64,000 nt of DNA from an uncultured Planctomycetaceae bacterium (GTDB lineage: Bacteria; Planctomycetota; Phycisphaerae; SM23-33): assembly GCA_964427875.1 (NCBI GenBank), contig CAYRVX010000028.1:387-64386 (forward strand), given 5' to 3'. Positions 34,935 through 45,260 of this stretch are shown one piece after another; position 1 is the stretch's first letter, and each line of letters begins with the position of its first letter. Under the pieces are notes generated by a model. The model did no database searches and had not been told where the DNA came from. It worked only from the letters and a program-made list of their open reading frames with translations. The translations under genes and the position numbers were made by a program.

Positions 34935-36051
34935 TGCCGCCCACGTCCTTCGGCGCGTCGGTGGTTCTCTCAATGGGCCGGACGGGCAGGGTCCCGCCGA
35001 TGATCGTCAGCGGGAAGCACTGCATTTGTGGATATGCGTCCGTGATCTTGCGCATTGCCTCGTCGCGATCGGCGGCGCCGCGGGCAACGAACTGCGCCGT
35101 TCCGTCGCCCTGGCTGCCGACGCCCTTTCCGCCGTGGACGTTTGGCCTGATGTCCCCCATCGCCAGCAGCTCGTGCAAGATGGGGCTGCCAAGCTCCACC
35201 CCGCTGCCGGGGGCGATCAGCCGATCGAAGTTCTCTTGGGCCTTCACCATGAGCCGGCCAAGCCACTCCGCGTCGCCCGCTCCCAGCGCGCGGTAAGCCT
35301 CACGGACGATCGTCTCGTTGTTCGGCCCCAGACCGCTTTGCAGGTCCCGGCTGGAAAGGTATGCCGACTGAAGATCGGAGAGGATCCTCACGGTGTTCTT
35401 CTTGCCGGCCAGGTCCACGAAGAACATGTGGACCTCGCCTCCGGCAAAAACGGGCTCGACCCGGATCTCGGCGGACTTCTGGAACGTCAGCAGCACGGGC
35501 GTCTTGCCGTAGATGCAGGCCTGGTCCATCCGGCCGCACTGGCTGCCGGTGAGCCGCTCGCCAAGGTACGCCGCCTCCATCAGCTCGTGCGGGAACATCC
35601 CCAGGCCGTACACTTCGTCGAACGCCTTGGCCATCAGAATGCACACCGCCGCCGAGCTCGACACGCCCTTTTGCAGCGGCAGGTCCATCGCCGTGATACT
35701 CAGGTGGATTCCCCCGCCCACGCCCGGGCGGCTGGACATCTCGTAGGCGACACCCGCGCAGTAGCGAAAGAACTCCTTCTCATCCCTCGCCGCTTCCAGG
35801 AGCGTCTCGGGCCTCCAGTGACAGCTCATCTGCCGCCGCCGCCCGCTCGGGCGGCCGAGCTTGTCCGGCAACTGCGACTCGACCACGAACGAATCAGCCG
35901 GACGCGCAACCGCGGAGAGGCCCTGGTCCGTGCCGATCACCAGGCAGAAGCCCTTGTGGAGCCCGTACTCGGCCGCCCAGTCGCTGTGTTCGCCGAAGAG
36001 GCACAACCGGCCGGGAACAAACAGCCTGGTCTCGTCCGTCGTCTCTTTCAT
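34927..36051 (-). CDS. GHMP-family sugar kinase (galactokinase-like)
   Basis: 'PGRLCLFGEHSDW' (the GalK 'PGRVNLIGEHTDY' motif) and 'GVSSSAAV' (GHMP motif II). Confidence 0.7.
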   Translation of the reverse strand: MKETTDETRLFVPGRLCLFGEHSDWAAEYGLHKGFCLVIGTDQGLSAVARPADSFVVESQLPDKLGRPSGRRRQMSCHWRPETLLEAARDEKEFFRYCAGVAYEMSSRPGVGGGIHLSITAMDLPLQKGVSSSAAVCILMAKAFDEVYGLGMFPHELMEAAYLGERLTGSQCGRMDQACIYGKTPVLLTFQKSAEIRVEPVFAGGEVHMFFVDLAGKKNTVRILSDLQSAYLSSRDLQSGLGPNNETIVREAYRALGAGDAEWLGRLMVKAQENFDRLIAPGSGVELGSPILHELLAMGDIRPNVHGGKGVGSQGDGTAQFVARGAADRDEAMRKITDAYPQMQCFPLTIIGGTLPVRPIERTTDAPKDVGGND

Positions 36052-36173
36052 GACCGTGCCTCTCGTCGCCGGCGCCTTGGCAGCTCACCTGGGCGTATTA
36101 TTGCGGCGGCCGCGGGCGGCCGCAAGGTTCGTTCGGCTGCGCCCGGGCGCCGCCACGCCCGCCGAGAACCGCC

Positions 36174-37412
36174 TCAGTCCATCGAGAAATGCTCCGAGAA
36201 ATCCCGCACCCAGCCGCCCGCAAGGGCGTCGAAGTCGCGCTGGAGCGTGCGGAACCGCTCGGTCGACCAGTCCTTCCGGGCGATCGCGTCGCCCAGGGAG
36301 TAGGTCGGGAGCTTGAACATCAGGCTTGCCGTCGTCAGCGCCGTGCTGTTGCCGCCGATCACGATATCGTCGCTGCGCATCTGCGCGAGGATTCTCTCCG
36401 CCGCCTGCCCTTCGCCCAAAACGCGGACGCGCCCGGCGGCCACTTCGCTGATGGAGTCATACTTCCCCGGTACCTCCCGGGGATGCGGCTTGACGTAGAC
36501 GTCCAGCCCCTCGGCAACCAGCCTGCGGACGACGCTCTTGAGGAGATCCATGGTCTGCGGTCCCGGCAGGAAGCCGTCTTCGATCCAGGGCTGGGACAGG
36601 ATCAAGGCAGCAGGCCGGTCGGACGAGCGAGGCAGCAGGACCTTCTCGCCGACGGCGGTGAGGATCGCCTGGCGGTAGTCGGCCGCCACGTCGGCGTCCA
36701 GCGTCATGGTGCCGGTCGTCTCGTCCTGCCAGAACAGCAGCCTCCGCTCGACGGGATATGCCCGGACAACGGCCCGGAACGCCCACGTCCAGAGCAGGTA
36801 GGCCAGGCAGTCCAGCCAGTCGGTCGCGAAGATGCGCCCCTCGTCGGTCCGGTCCATTTTTCGGGCGAAGTTCCAGGACTCCCTGGAGGCGTAGGTGCTG
36901 AGCCCTTCGTCGAGGATCACGAACCGCACGTCGCGGGTCCGCAGCAGCCTCCAGGTGCTGATCTGCGCGAGGGTGAACACGGCCGCCCCCGGGTGATACG
37001 GCGAGGCGACGCGGAGAATCGGCAGGTGCCGCCGCGGGCGGCCACGCGGACCCAGCAGCCACAGCCGCACAAGGAGAGCCGCCATCCTTCCCACTTCCAG
37101 GACCCGACCCGCCCCCGGGCGGTCGAGGACCTGCCGGGCCGCGAGGAAGATGATCCTGCCGTCGGCCCGGGAGAGCGGCAGGTCGGCCTGGTCTATGAGC
37201 GTCCCTCTGCCCAGGTGCGGCAGGATCAGAACGACGCCCTTTCGCCGCTCGCCGTGGCTGCGAAGGCGGCTCACCCAGGCATCGGCTCCCATGGCATGCC
37301 AGGGCGAGGTGGCCGCCGCGATGAAGCCGAGGTCTTCCGTGGCAATAAGTCGCCGGATCTCCTCGACGGCTTCGCCGAAGCCCTTCAGCTCGATGCCAAC
37401 GGCCTGAGCCAA
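36174..37412 (-). CDS. Putative bacterial sialyltransferase-like glycosyltransferase
   Basis: Contains both signature short motifs of bacterial sialyltransferases: D/E-D/E-G ('VRFVILDEGLSTY') and HP ('YVKPHPREVPG'). Sits directly upstream of the CMP-nonulosonate synthetase and NeuB genes. Confidence 0.4.
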   Translation of the reverse strand: MAQAVGIELKGFGEAVEEIRRLIATEDLGFIAAATSPWHAMGADAWVSRLRSHGERRKGVVLILPHLGRGTLIDQADLPLSRADGRIIFLAARQVLDRPGAGRVLEVGRMAALLVRLWLLGPRGRPRRHLPILRVASPYHPGAAVFTLAQISTWRLLRTRDVRFVILDEGLSTYASRESWNFARKMDRTDEGRIFATDWLDCLAYLLWTWAFRAVVRAYPVERRLLFWQDETTGTMTLDADVAADYRQAILTAVGEKVLLPRSSDRPAALILSQPWIEDGFLPGPQTMDLLKSVVRRLVAEGLDVYVKPHPREVPGKYDSISEVAAGRVRVLGEGQAAERILAQMRSDDIVIGGNSTALTTASLMFKLPTYSLGDAIARKDWSTERFRTLQRDFDALAGGWVRDFSEHFSMD

Positions 37413-37584
37413 CGCATTCTCCTTGCGCCCGTCGACTGTCGGGATATCGGAAGGATTCTAGTGGATTCAAGGCAGGAATTCATCTGATGCAGCGTGGCCT
37501 CCGCCGACCAACGACCCTGGCGGCATGGAGAGAACCGCCCAAGAAACGCTTGTGAACCGCCCGGACCTGCTGATATAAGCACTG

Positions 37585-38835
37585 TTGGCCGCGCCGGAAT
37601 GGCTTTTCGTGCCCCGGGAGGAGCGCGACTTGCGGACGCAATCAGGGCCCAGCAAGCCGGAAGTGCTAGCCATCATACCCGCCCGCGGCGGGAGCAAGGG
37701 CATTCCGCGGAAGAACGTTCTTGCCCTGGCCGGAAAGCCGCTCATAGCCCGCACCATCGAGCAGGCCAAGGCAAGTGGGATCGTGACCCGAGTAGTCGTA
37801 TCGACCGACGACGAAGAGATCAGCCAGGTGTCCTTGTCCTGCGGCGCCGAGGTGGTGCGGCGCCCGGCGGAGATCAGCGGTGATGAGGCTTCCTCAGAGG
37901 CGGCGCTGCTGCACGTGCTCGAACACCTCCGGGAGACCGAGGGCTATCGCCCGGATCTCCTCGTCTTCCTCCAGTGCACGAGCCCGCTGACGCTGGCCGA
38001 GGACATCGACGGGACGGTCGAGGCCCTGCGCAGGCAGGAGGCGGACACGGCGTTGGCCGTCTCGCCGTTCCACTACTTCCTGTGGAAGACCGGTCCGAAC
38101 GGGCACGCCGCCGGGATCAACCACGATCCGTCCGTGCGCCTGCTGCGCCAGCAGCGCGAAGCGCAGTTCATCGAGACAGGTGCCGTCTACGTGATGAGGA
38201 CGGACGGGTTCCTGCGGCACGGCCATCGTTTCTTCGGGCGGACGGTGCTGCATGAGATCCCCATCGAGCGCCGGCTGGAGATCGACGAGCCGGTCGACTT
38301 CCAGATCGCGGATCTTCTCCTGAAGCGGCGCGAGCGAGCGGAGAAGACCCGGTCCCTGCCCCAGCCCGTGAAGGCACTGGTGATGGACTTCGACGGCGTT
38401 TTCACGGACAACAAGGTGGTCGTTCTCCCGGATTCCCGGGAAGCCGTCCTGTGCAACCGCGCCGACGGGATGGGCATACGCCTTCTCCGAGAGGTCGGCC
38501 TGCCCATGCTCGTGCTGTCCACGGAACAGGACCCGGTATGCCATGCCCGCTGTCGGAAACTCCAGCTTGACTGCCTCAACGCGGTCCAGGACAAGGCCCC
38601 GGTGCTGAGGGATTGGGCCGCGGATCGGGGGATTGCCCTGGACAAGACCGTGTACCTCGGCAACGACGTGAATGACCTGGAATGCATGGCGATCGTGGGA
38701 TGCCCGGCGGCGGTGTCTGACGCTCACCCGGCCGCCAGAAAGGCCGCCCGCATCGTGCTGTCGGCCCGCGGCGGACACGGCGCGGTCAGGGAGATCGCCG
38801 ACCTCATCCTTTCGCAGACAGGAGACGGTCAATGA
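37585..38835 (+). CDS. neuA: Bifunctional N-acylneuraminate (nonulosonate) cytidylyltransferase fused to a HAD KdsC-like nonulosonate-9-phosphate phosphatase
   Basis: N-terminus 'LAIIPARGGSKGIPRKN' (CMP-Kdo/NeuAc synthetase family). C-terminus 'VMDFDGVFTDNKVV...GNDVNDL' (HAD class IIIA, KdsC-like). Confidence 0.8.
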   Translation: MAAPEWLFVPREERDLRTQSGPSKPEVLAIIPARGGSKGIPRKNVLALAGKPLIARTIEQAKASGIVTRVVVSTDDEEISQVSLSCGAEVVRRPAEISGDEASSEAALLHVLEHLRETEGYRPDLLVFLQCTSPLTLAEDIDGTVEALRRQEADTALAVSPFHYFLWKTGPNGHAAGINHDPSVRLLRQQREAQFIETGAVYVMRTDGFLRHGHRFFGRTVLHEIPIERRLEIDEPVDFQIADLLLKRRERAEKTRSLPQPVKALVMDFDGVFTDNKVVVLPDSREAVLCNRADGMGIRLLREVGLPMLVLSTEQDPVCHARCRKLQLDCLNAVQDKAPVLRDWAADRGIALDKTVYLGNDVNDLECMAIVGCPAAVSDAHPAARKAARIVLSARGGHGAVREIADLILSQTGDGQ

Positions 38836-39710
38836 TTGACGCCGTGAGGATCGGCGAGCGTCTCGTCGGCAGCGGCCAGCCGGCCTACGTCGTCGGCGAG
38901 ATCGGACTGAACCACAACGGCGACGTGCAGGTCGCCAAGGACCTCATTGACGCCGCCATCGTAGCTGGATGCGACGCCGTCAAGTTCCAGAAGCGTACGC
39001 CCGAGCTTTGCGTGCCGGTCGAGCAGCGGCACCTGGTCCGCGAGACCCCTTGGGGCCTGATGACGTACATGGAGTACCGCGAGAAGGTGGAGCTCGGACA
39101 GGAGGCGTATGCCGAGATCGACCGCTATTGCACCCAGCGGGGCATTGTCTGGTACGCTTCCTGCTGGGACGAGGCATCCGTGGATTTCATGGAGCAGTTT
39201 CGTCCGCCGTGCCACAAGATCGCCTCCGCCTGCCTCACCGACGACGACCTGTTGAGGCACCATCGCCAGTATGGCCGACCGATCATCCTCTCCACCGGCA
39301 TGAGCACGCTGGAGCAGATCGACCACGCGGTCGAGGTGCTCGGCAAGGACGATCTGATCATCCTGCACTGCACCAGCACGTATCCGGCCAGGAACGACGA
39401 GATCAACCTTCGCTGCGTCCGTGCCCTCAGAGATCGGTACGGCGTGCCCGTCGGCTATTCCGGCCACGAAGTGGGCCTCCAGGTCACCCTGGCCGCGGTG
39501 GCCATCGGGGCCTGCTGCGTCGAGCGGCACATCACGTTGGACCGCACGATGTGGGGCAGTGACCATGCCGCATCCGTCGAGCCACACGGGCTCATCCGCC
39601 TCGTGCGCGACATCCGCGTCATCGAGCAGGCCATGGGAGACGGGCGAAAGGTCGTCTGGGACAGCGAAAAGCCTCTGATAGAGAAGCTGCGCCGCGTCGG
39701 GGGAGCTTAA
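38832..39710 (+). CDS. neuB: N-acetylneuraminate (nonulosonate / 9-phosphate) synthase, NeuB family, without the C-terminal SAF domain
   Basis: 'PAYVVGEIGLNHNGD...DAVKFQK' and 'ILHCTSTYPA'. 292 aa with no antifreeze-like domain. Overlaps the neuA stop. Confidence 0.8.
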   Translation: MIDAVRIGERLVGSGQPAYVVGEIGLNHNGDVQVAKDLIDAAIVAGCDAVKFQKRTPELCVPVEQRHLVRETPWGLMTYMEYREKVELGQEAYAEIDRYCTQRGIVWYASCWDEASVDFMEQFRPPCHKIASACLTDDDLLRHHRQYGRPIILSTGMSTLEQIDHAVEVLGKDDLIILHCTSTYPARNDEINLRCVRALRDRYGVPVGYSGHEVGLQVTLAAVAIGACCVERHITLDRTMWGSDHAASVEPHGLIRLVRDIRVIEQAMGDGRKVVWDSEKPLIEKLRRVGGA

Positions 39711-39782
39711 AGCGACGTTGCCGACCGGCCCGCCTTTATGTCCCCCGGCATGCCGGGCCTCCTACCGCGCTCTTTGGCTCGC

Positions 39783-41075
39783 TCAGCGGTTCTCTTTCGC
39801 AATCCGCCGCAAGAAGGCCACGCCTTCCGGGGCCTGCTGTCGCAGTTCCTCGGTCCTCTCGATGATCGCCCGTGAGAGCTCCTCGCGGGCCTCGAGGACC
39901 CTGCGCGCCTCCCGGACAACGTCGTCCAGGTGGATTGGCAGCGTCGCGATATCGAAGAGCCGCGTGGGGTAATCGTAGAGGTGGCACAGGGCGCGGGTCT
40001 TGTGGCTGTCGGCGCCCCACAGGAGGAAGGGCGTGCCGCCCAGCGTCGCCATGATCGAGGCGTGCCATCGACCCGAAACGAGCATGACCGAGCGCTTGAG
40101 CACCTCGATCAGCTCGGTATAGGGGCAATTGACAAGATCGAGCTTGGCCGCCTTCTTCCTCCTGGCCGCGCGGTTGACGCCCTCATGCGTCCGGGCGAAC
40201 CCGTCCACGACCACCACTTGGCGGCACACCTCCCGCAGCCGGTCGATCAACTCCGAGTAGACGTCGGCCACGTTCCATTTCACCGTGCTGGCGTCGCTTC
40301 GCATCCCCGCGGAGTCCCCCAGGCAGATAAACGGGCGGCTGAAGTCGACCAGTCGCTTCAGCTCCGCCGATGGCTCCCAGTGCTCCCGGGGGCGCAGCGT
40401 GAACAGCGCATCGGGGCAGAAACGGACCTCTCCCTGGTACCCGATGCGCCGCAGTTCGTCGATGGAGAGCGGCTCGCGAACGCTGACGTAGTCCAGCATC
40501 GGGTAAACCGTGCGGATCATCTCCTCGGCGTCGGCGTTGCCGGGGTCCACCGTGTGGTTGATGATCGCGCAGTACTTGCCGAAGTGCTTCCTGGCCATGT
40601 AGGCCATGAACAGCACGTAGAGAGCCCCGGGTCGGTATCTGCCGTCGGGCATCACGCCCCGTACGATGTGCCCCTCGGAGTTGATCACGACGCAGTCACA
40701 GTCCCGCAGGCAGCGGGCCTCGTATGGGAAGATCCGGCCGCCCAGCATCTGCTCGGCCGCGTGCTCGTACATGTCCAGCCGGCAGGGGACAGGCAGCTCC
40801 CGTGACTTCCGTCGCCTGAACTTTTCGGCCAACTCCTTTGCGCCCATCGAGATGATCACAGACTTGAGGTTCTGGATCATGCGCCCGGGAGGGCGCCATT
40901 GTGGCCAGCCGTCTGGCGGCGTATGCCACCGGAAGCTCCTGTAATCGATGATTCTGATCGGCATCGGTTCCCAGGCCTGGCGGATGAGTTTCAGCAGGGC
41001 ATCCGAGGTCGCGACGGAGCCGTAGTTGAAGCCCGTCCTCGTGTCACCCATGAACAACAGCTTCTTTTCCGACAT
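39783..41075 (-). CDS. Polysaccharide pyruvyl transferase family protein (CsaB/WcaK-like)
   Basis: Family-typical 'LLFMGDTRTGFNYG', 'VVINSEGH' and 'GRWHA' motifs. ATG 41075 has a GGAGAG RBS. The ORF extends to 41141. Confidence 0.55.
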   Translation of the reverse strand: MSEKKLLFMGDTRTGFNYGSVATSDALLKLIRQAWEPMPIRIIDYRSFRWHTPPDGWPQWRPPGRMIQNLKSVIISMGAKELAEKFRRRKSRELPVPCRLDMYEHAAEQMLGGRIFPYEARCLRDCDCVVINSEGHIVRGVMPDGRYRPGALYVLFMAYMARKHFGKYCAIINHTVDPGNADAEEMIRTVYPMLDYVSVREPLSIDELRRIGYQGEVRFCPDALFTLRPREHWEPSAELKRLVDFSRPFICLGDSAGMRSDASTVKWNVADVYSELIDRLREVCRQVVVVDGFARTHEGVNRAARRKKAAKLDLVNCPYTELIEVLKRSVMLVSGRWHASIMATLGGTPFLLWGADSHKTRALCHLYDYPTRLFDIATLPIHLDDVVREARRVLEAREELSRAIIERTEELRQQAPEGVAFLRRIAKENR

Positions 41076-41236
41076 GAGCGCTCTCCACAAGCAAGGAGCC
41101 CACGCGGGATCATACGATTTGCGTCCCGGTCGGCAAGCCACGGCCGGCTCGGCGCCCGGCGATGCGCCTGTGCCGCGCAGCGTCTTGATGACGGCCTCGC
41201 GGGCTCAGCACCGTCGCGGATCGGTCCCCCTTGGCC

Positions 41237-42532
41237 TCACGGCCCGCGGCATGCTTCGACCTCTCTGTTGAGCTTGTACCATGCCAGGCCGTTGGAGACA
41301 ACCGCCTGGAGCCCCATCCCGATGGCCATGGCGACAATCAGACCGTGATCGCCGTATCGCGACGCCAGCGCGAAGCTCAGCGCTACCGTGACGGCGCCCG
41401 ACAACACGGTGGAGACGGCCTGGGACCGCGTCTTCTTCAGGCCGTGGAGAATGTGGACGCCTTGCAGGTAGACCGTGTCGAGGGCACACGCCACGCCGGC
41501 TGCGATCAGCAGCGCAGGCGTCGGCGCGTACGACTCGGGCAGCGACAGATGCAGCACGAAAAAGGCGAAGTAGAGCCCGAGGTACATCACGAACACCAGC
41601 GCCAGGCTCGCCAGCATCGTGTTGCGGAGGATCTGCACCGCCTGTCTGGGGGCGCCGCGGCCGAAGGCCGCACCAATATCCGGGCGACGGGCCTCGAAGA
41701 GGGCGCGCGAGATCATCATGCCGGCCACCACAATCTGTGTGACGAGCGTATAGGGGGCAAGCTCCCCGAGCGACATGTATCGCGTTCCGATCCATCGCCC
41801 GCTCTGGCTTACCGCCCACAGCGCCAGCACGTGGAACGTCGTCGGCCAGGAGTACGACAGCGACTTGCCCAGCATGCTCCAGCGAAACCGGGCCCCTCGA
41901 AGGTACTTGCCCGCGTGGACCAAAACGATTGCGGCGGCCGCCCCCCTGCCAGCCGCCACTGCGATGATGCTCCGCAGGAATCCGTCCTCGACCCACGGGC
42001 CCAACGCCAGGAACGCCCCCAGGATGCCGAAGCCGCTCACCGCCGAGGCCACGAAGAACACGGCGGCATCGCCCCGGATGCGGATAAGCGTCAGCCCGAA
42101 GTCTCCGGCCACCAGAAGCACGACGACCAGCGAGACCCAGGTCTGGACGTCCAGCGACCCCAGCGAGATCGGCTCGATCACGCCGCCGAGACGAAGCACG
42201 CAGACGCACGCCACCAGCCCCAGCGTGACGAACCCCAGGGCGCCGAGGAGGGAGCTGAACAGCAGCTCCGCTTGACGGTGAGGCTGCTCGTAGTCAAAGT
42301 ACAGCCGACCCGGCGCCAGGTGAGCGTTCAAGGAGAACAGCGGCGTCAGGATCGCCACGGCGCTGACCATCAGGCCGAAACGCGTGAACTCCTCCGGCGT
42401 CAGCACGGCCACCAGGAACGGCAGAAGCAGGAGGTGCGCCGCCTTCTGGAGACTGCCCCCCAACAGATACAACGAAGTCCGGGCGAAGACCTGCCACCGG
42501 GAAGTGCCTGACCTGCCTTCGGGGGGCTTCAT
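41237..42532 (-). CDS. Wzx-like polysaccharide/oligosaccharide flippase (MOP superfamily)
   Basis: 431 aa, about 12 TM segments. Immediately downstream of the glycan-modifying genes. Confidence 0.6.
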   Translation of the reverse strand: MKPPEGRSGTSRWQVFARTSLYLLGGSLQKAAHLLLLPFLVAVLTPEEFTRFGLMVSAVAILTPLFSLNAHLAPGRLYFDYEQPHRQAELLFSSLLGALGFVTLGLVACVCVLRLGGVIEPISLGSLDVQTWVSLVVVLLVAGDFGLTLIRIRGDAAVFFVASAVSGFGILGAFLALGPWVEDGFLRSIIAVAAGRGAAAAIVLVHAGKYLRGARFRWSMLGKSLSYSWPTTFHVLALWAVSQSGRWIGTRYMSLGELAPYTLVTQIVVAGMMISRALFEARRPDIGAAFGRGAPRQAVQILRNTMLASLALVFVMYLGLYFAFFVLHLSLPESYAPTPALLIAAGVACALDTVYLQGVHILHGLKKTRSQAVSTVLSGAVTVALSFALASRYGDHGLIVAMAIGMGLQAVVSNGLAWYKLNREVEACRGP

Positions 42533-42806
42533 GGAATCCGATCCGCCATTCTTGCGCCACCTGTTCCTTGCCTTGCGTCGTCCGATCCCTGTCCGGCCGG
42601 CCTGAGAGCTTTATCGGCAAATGCGCTTTCGGAGTAGAGGCCGACAGCGGCCTTACTACGGATGGACCGCGGAATGCGTTCGGCTGCAAGTTGCGATCTC
42701 ATTGGCTGTCCCGCGGCCCGGCCGGGCTTTATTCCTTGATGGAGGTCCGCCCGAGAATACCATCGTCTTCATTGGATGGCCGATGACCACGCAAAGGAGA
42801 CCTCTC

Positions 42807-44300
42807 ATGAAACGGCGCGATTTCCTGAGGACTTTGGGCGCAGCAGCGTCGGCCCTCGCGGCGGGCTCGTGGCTTCGCGCCGCCGGGCCGGGCCGGCAGA
42901 AGCCCAACTTCGTCATCATCTTCACGGACGACCAGGGCTACCAGGACGTCGGGTGCTTCGGCTCGCCGCTGATCAAGACACCCCGGCTGGACCGGATGGC
43001 GGCCGAGGGAAGGAAGTTCACCAGCTTCTACACGCAGCCGATCTGCGGGCCGGCGCGGGCGGCGATCATGACCGGCTGCTACCCCATGCGGGTCGCCGAG
43101 CGGGGCAACGTCAAGAACACTCACCCCGTCCTGCACAGCAACGAGAGCACCGTCGCGGAGGTGCTGAAGACCCGCGGGTACGCCACGGCGATGATCGGCA
43201 AGTGGGACCTCGCCAGGCACGCGCAGGTGAACTTCCACCGCGACCTGATGCCCAACGCCCAGGGCTTCGACTTCTTCTTCGGCACGCCGACCAGCAACGA
43301 CAGCCGCGTGAACCTGTACCGCAACGCCGAGCTCATCGAGAAAAAGGCCGACATGGCGTCGCTGACGCGCCGGTACACCGACGAAGCCGTTAAGTTCATC
43401 GCCGCCAATAAGGGCCGCCCGTTCTTCGTTTACCTGGCGCACACCATGCCCCACACGCGTCTGGCCGCGTCGGAGCAGTTCCGCGGCCGGAGCAAGCGGG
43501 GGCTGTACGGCGACGTGATCGAGGAGATCGACTGGAACGTCGGGCGAATCCTCGACGCGCTGAAGGAGCGGGGCCTGGAGAAGACCACGTACGTGATCTT
43601 CGCCAGCGACAACGGCCCGTGGCTGATCAGGAAGGCCCACGGGGGCTCGGCCAGGCCGCTGCGAAGCGGCAAGGCCTCCACGTGGGAGGGCGGCCAGCGC
43701 GTGCCGTGCATCATCTGGGCGCCCGGGCGGGTCCCCGCCGGGACGGCGTGCGACGAGATCGCCTCGACGCTGGACGTCCTGCCGACCTTCGCGAAACTCG
43801 CCGGCGCCGCCCCGCCCGCCGACCGCGTCATCGACGGCCACGATATCTCAGACCTGATCCACGGCAAGCAGGGCGCGACCAGCCCCACCGAGGCGTACTA
43901 CTACTACCTCTACACGCACCTCCAGGCCGTGCGCAGCGGCAAGTGGAAGCTGCACCTGCCCCGCCCGGAATACCCTCCGTGGTGCGGGCGGCTGCACGGC
44001 CGGCACATCGACCGCAAGGACGTCTTCGAGATCAAGAAGCCCTTGCTGTACGACCTGGCGGCCGATATCGGCGAGACGACGAACGTCGCCGACAGGCACC
44101 CGGACGTCGTCAAGCGCCTGTTGAAGCTCACCGAGAAGGCCCGCGAGGACATCGGCGACTACGATCGCATCGGCAAGGGCGCCCGCTTCTTCGACGACGG
44201 GCCGAAGCGGCCCGACATGAACAGGTGGAAGGCCGCCAAGCGGCCAAGGAGGGCAAAGCGCAAGCCCGGAGCCAAGGAGCCAAAGGCGAGCGGCAGGTGA
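42807..44300 (+). CDS. Sulfatase (arylsulfatase A family) with TAT signal
   Basis: 'MKRRDFLRTLGAAASALAAG' and 'NFVIIFTDDQGYQDVGCFG'. Catalytic 'CGPARAAIMTG' (CxPxR). RBS GGAGA 6 nt upstream of ATG 42807. Confidence 0.85.
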   Translation: MKRRDFLRTLGAAASALAAGSWLRAAGPGRQKPNFVIIFTDDQGYQDVGCFGSPLIKTPRLDRMAAEGRKFTSFYTQPICGPARAAIMTGCYPMRVAERGNVKNTHPVLHSNESTVAEVLKTRGYATAMIGKWDLARHAQVNFHRDLMPNAQGFDFFFGTPTSNDSRVNLYRNAELIEKKADMASLTRRYTDEAVKFIAANKGRPFFVYLAHTMPHTRLAASEQFRGRSKRGLYGDVIEEIDWNVGRILDALKERGLEKTTYVIFASDNGPWLIRKAHGGSARPLRSGKASTWEGGQRVPCIIWAPGRVPAGTACDEIASTLDVLPTFAKLAGAAPPADRVIDGHDISDLIHGKQGATSPTEAYYYYLYTHLQAVRSGKWKLHLPRPEYPPWCGRLHGRHIDRKDVFEIKKPLLYDLAADIGETTNVADRHPDVVKRLLKLTEKAREDIGDYDRIGKGARFFDDGPKRPDMNRWKAAKRPRRAKRKPGAKEPKASGR

Positions 44301-44352
44301 TGGCCGCCCCCGGGTCGAGCCCCCCCCCGACGGTGGCAGGCACGGCGCGGGC

Positions 44353-44908
44353 TCACTCGTGGGGCAGATCGTCTTTCATCGCGCGGAAGAACCCGCCGGC
44401 CCTGGCGAAGACTCGTCCCCAGTAGGCGACCGATTCGAAGCGGCTGGTCTCCATGATCTGGCCGGCCGCGGAAACGCTCCGCCCGGCCGTCTCGACGAAG
44501 GCCCGGGGCGACTTCGCCGGGTCGTATCTGGCCACACCGGCCAGTTCGTCCACTGCACGCTCGATGTCCTCGGCCTTCTCCGGCACGTCGATGGCCCTTC
44601 GGGCCCGCCCGATCACCTCGGCCATGCGTCCGGCCTTTCGTTTGGCCTGGGAATCGGGCAGGACCGACTGGGCGTAGTAGAAGCACTTCTGCGCCCACGC
44701 CAGCTCCTTGCGAGCGGTTTCGAGCTTTCGCTCGTTGGAGAGCGCCGCGGCGGTGGGTTTTCCCGGCCATCTCGCCGGCCACGCACCGCGCCACCACGCG
44801 GGCTTCTCCATGACCGGCCGCGGCTTGGGACGAATGTCCAGCAGCTTATCCCATGCATCGCGATCCGGGTAGAGCCAACTACTCGGACTCTTCGTTTTCG
44901 CAGGCATC
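44353..44908 (-). CDS. Hypothetical protein
   Basis: 185-aa ORF from 'MPAKTKSP' with high GC3. No recognisable domain. The open frame extends to 44988. Confidence 0.35.
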
Positions 44909-45260
44909 TTCGCTGCCCCCCTCCGAAATGCCCAAACGGGCGGCCGGGCGGGCCACCAAACGATGGCCCGCCCGAAATCGTGGCCCAATGACTTAACCGC
45001 CCTTACCGCAAAGCTGCTGGTATGTCAAACTATTTGCACAGATCGTGCCAGCCGGCGCCGCTGGGGGCGAATCATCGGGCGTACCCGAACGAACGGATTT
45101 CGGCCAATAGAGTTACGGCGCGACTGATCTCTGGGGATTCTCAGGGACAGGCGAGGAATCCCGCGGAACTGGGGAGCCTGTGCCCACATCCGCGCACTCG
45201 GTGGGCAACCCGCCGCACTGCTGGGGCGTCGCCCGCCGCTCGTGCGACCGAAGAGACGGA

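Noticed and set aside
44947-44974. 10-bp stem hairpin (gggcgggcca-ccaaacga-tggcccgccc)
   Set aside because: Not followed by a U-tract on either strand. It lies in the 5' leader of a low-confidence hypothetical gene. Noted but not called as a terminator.
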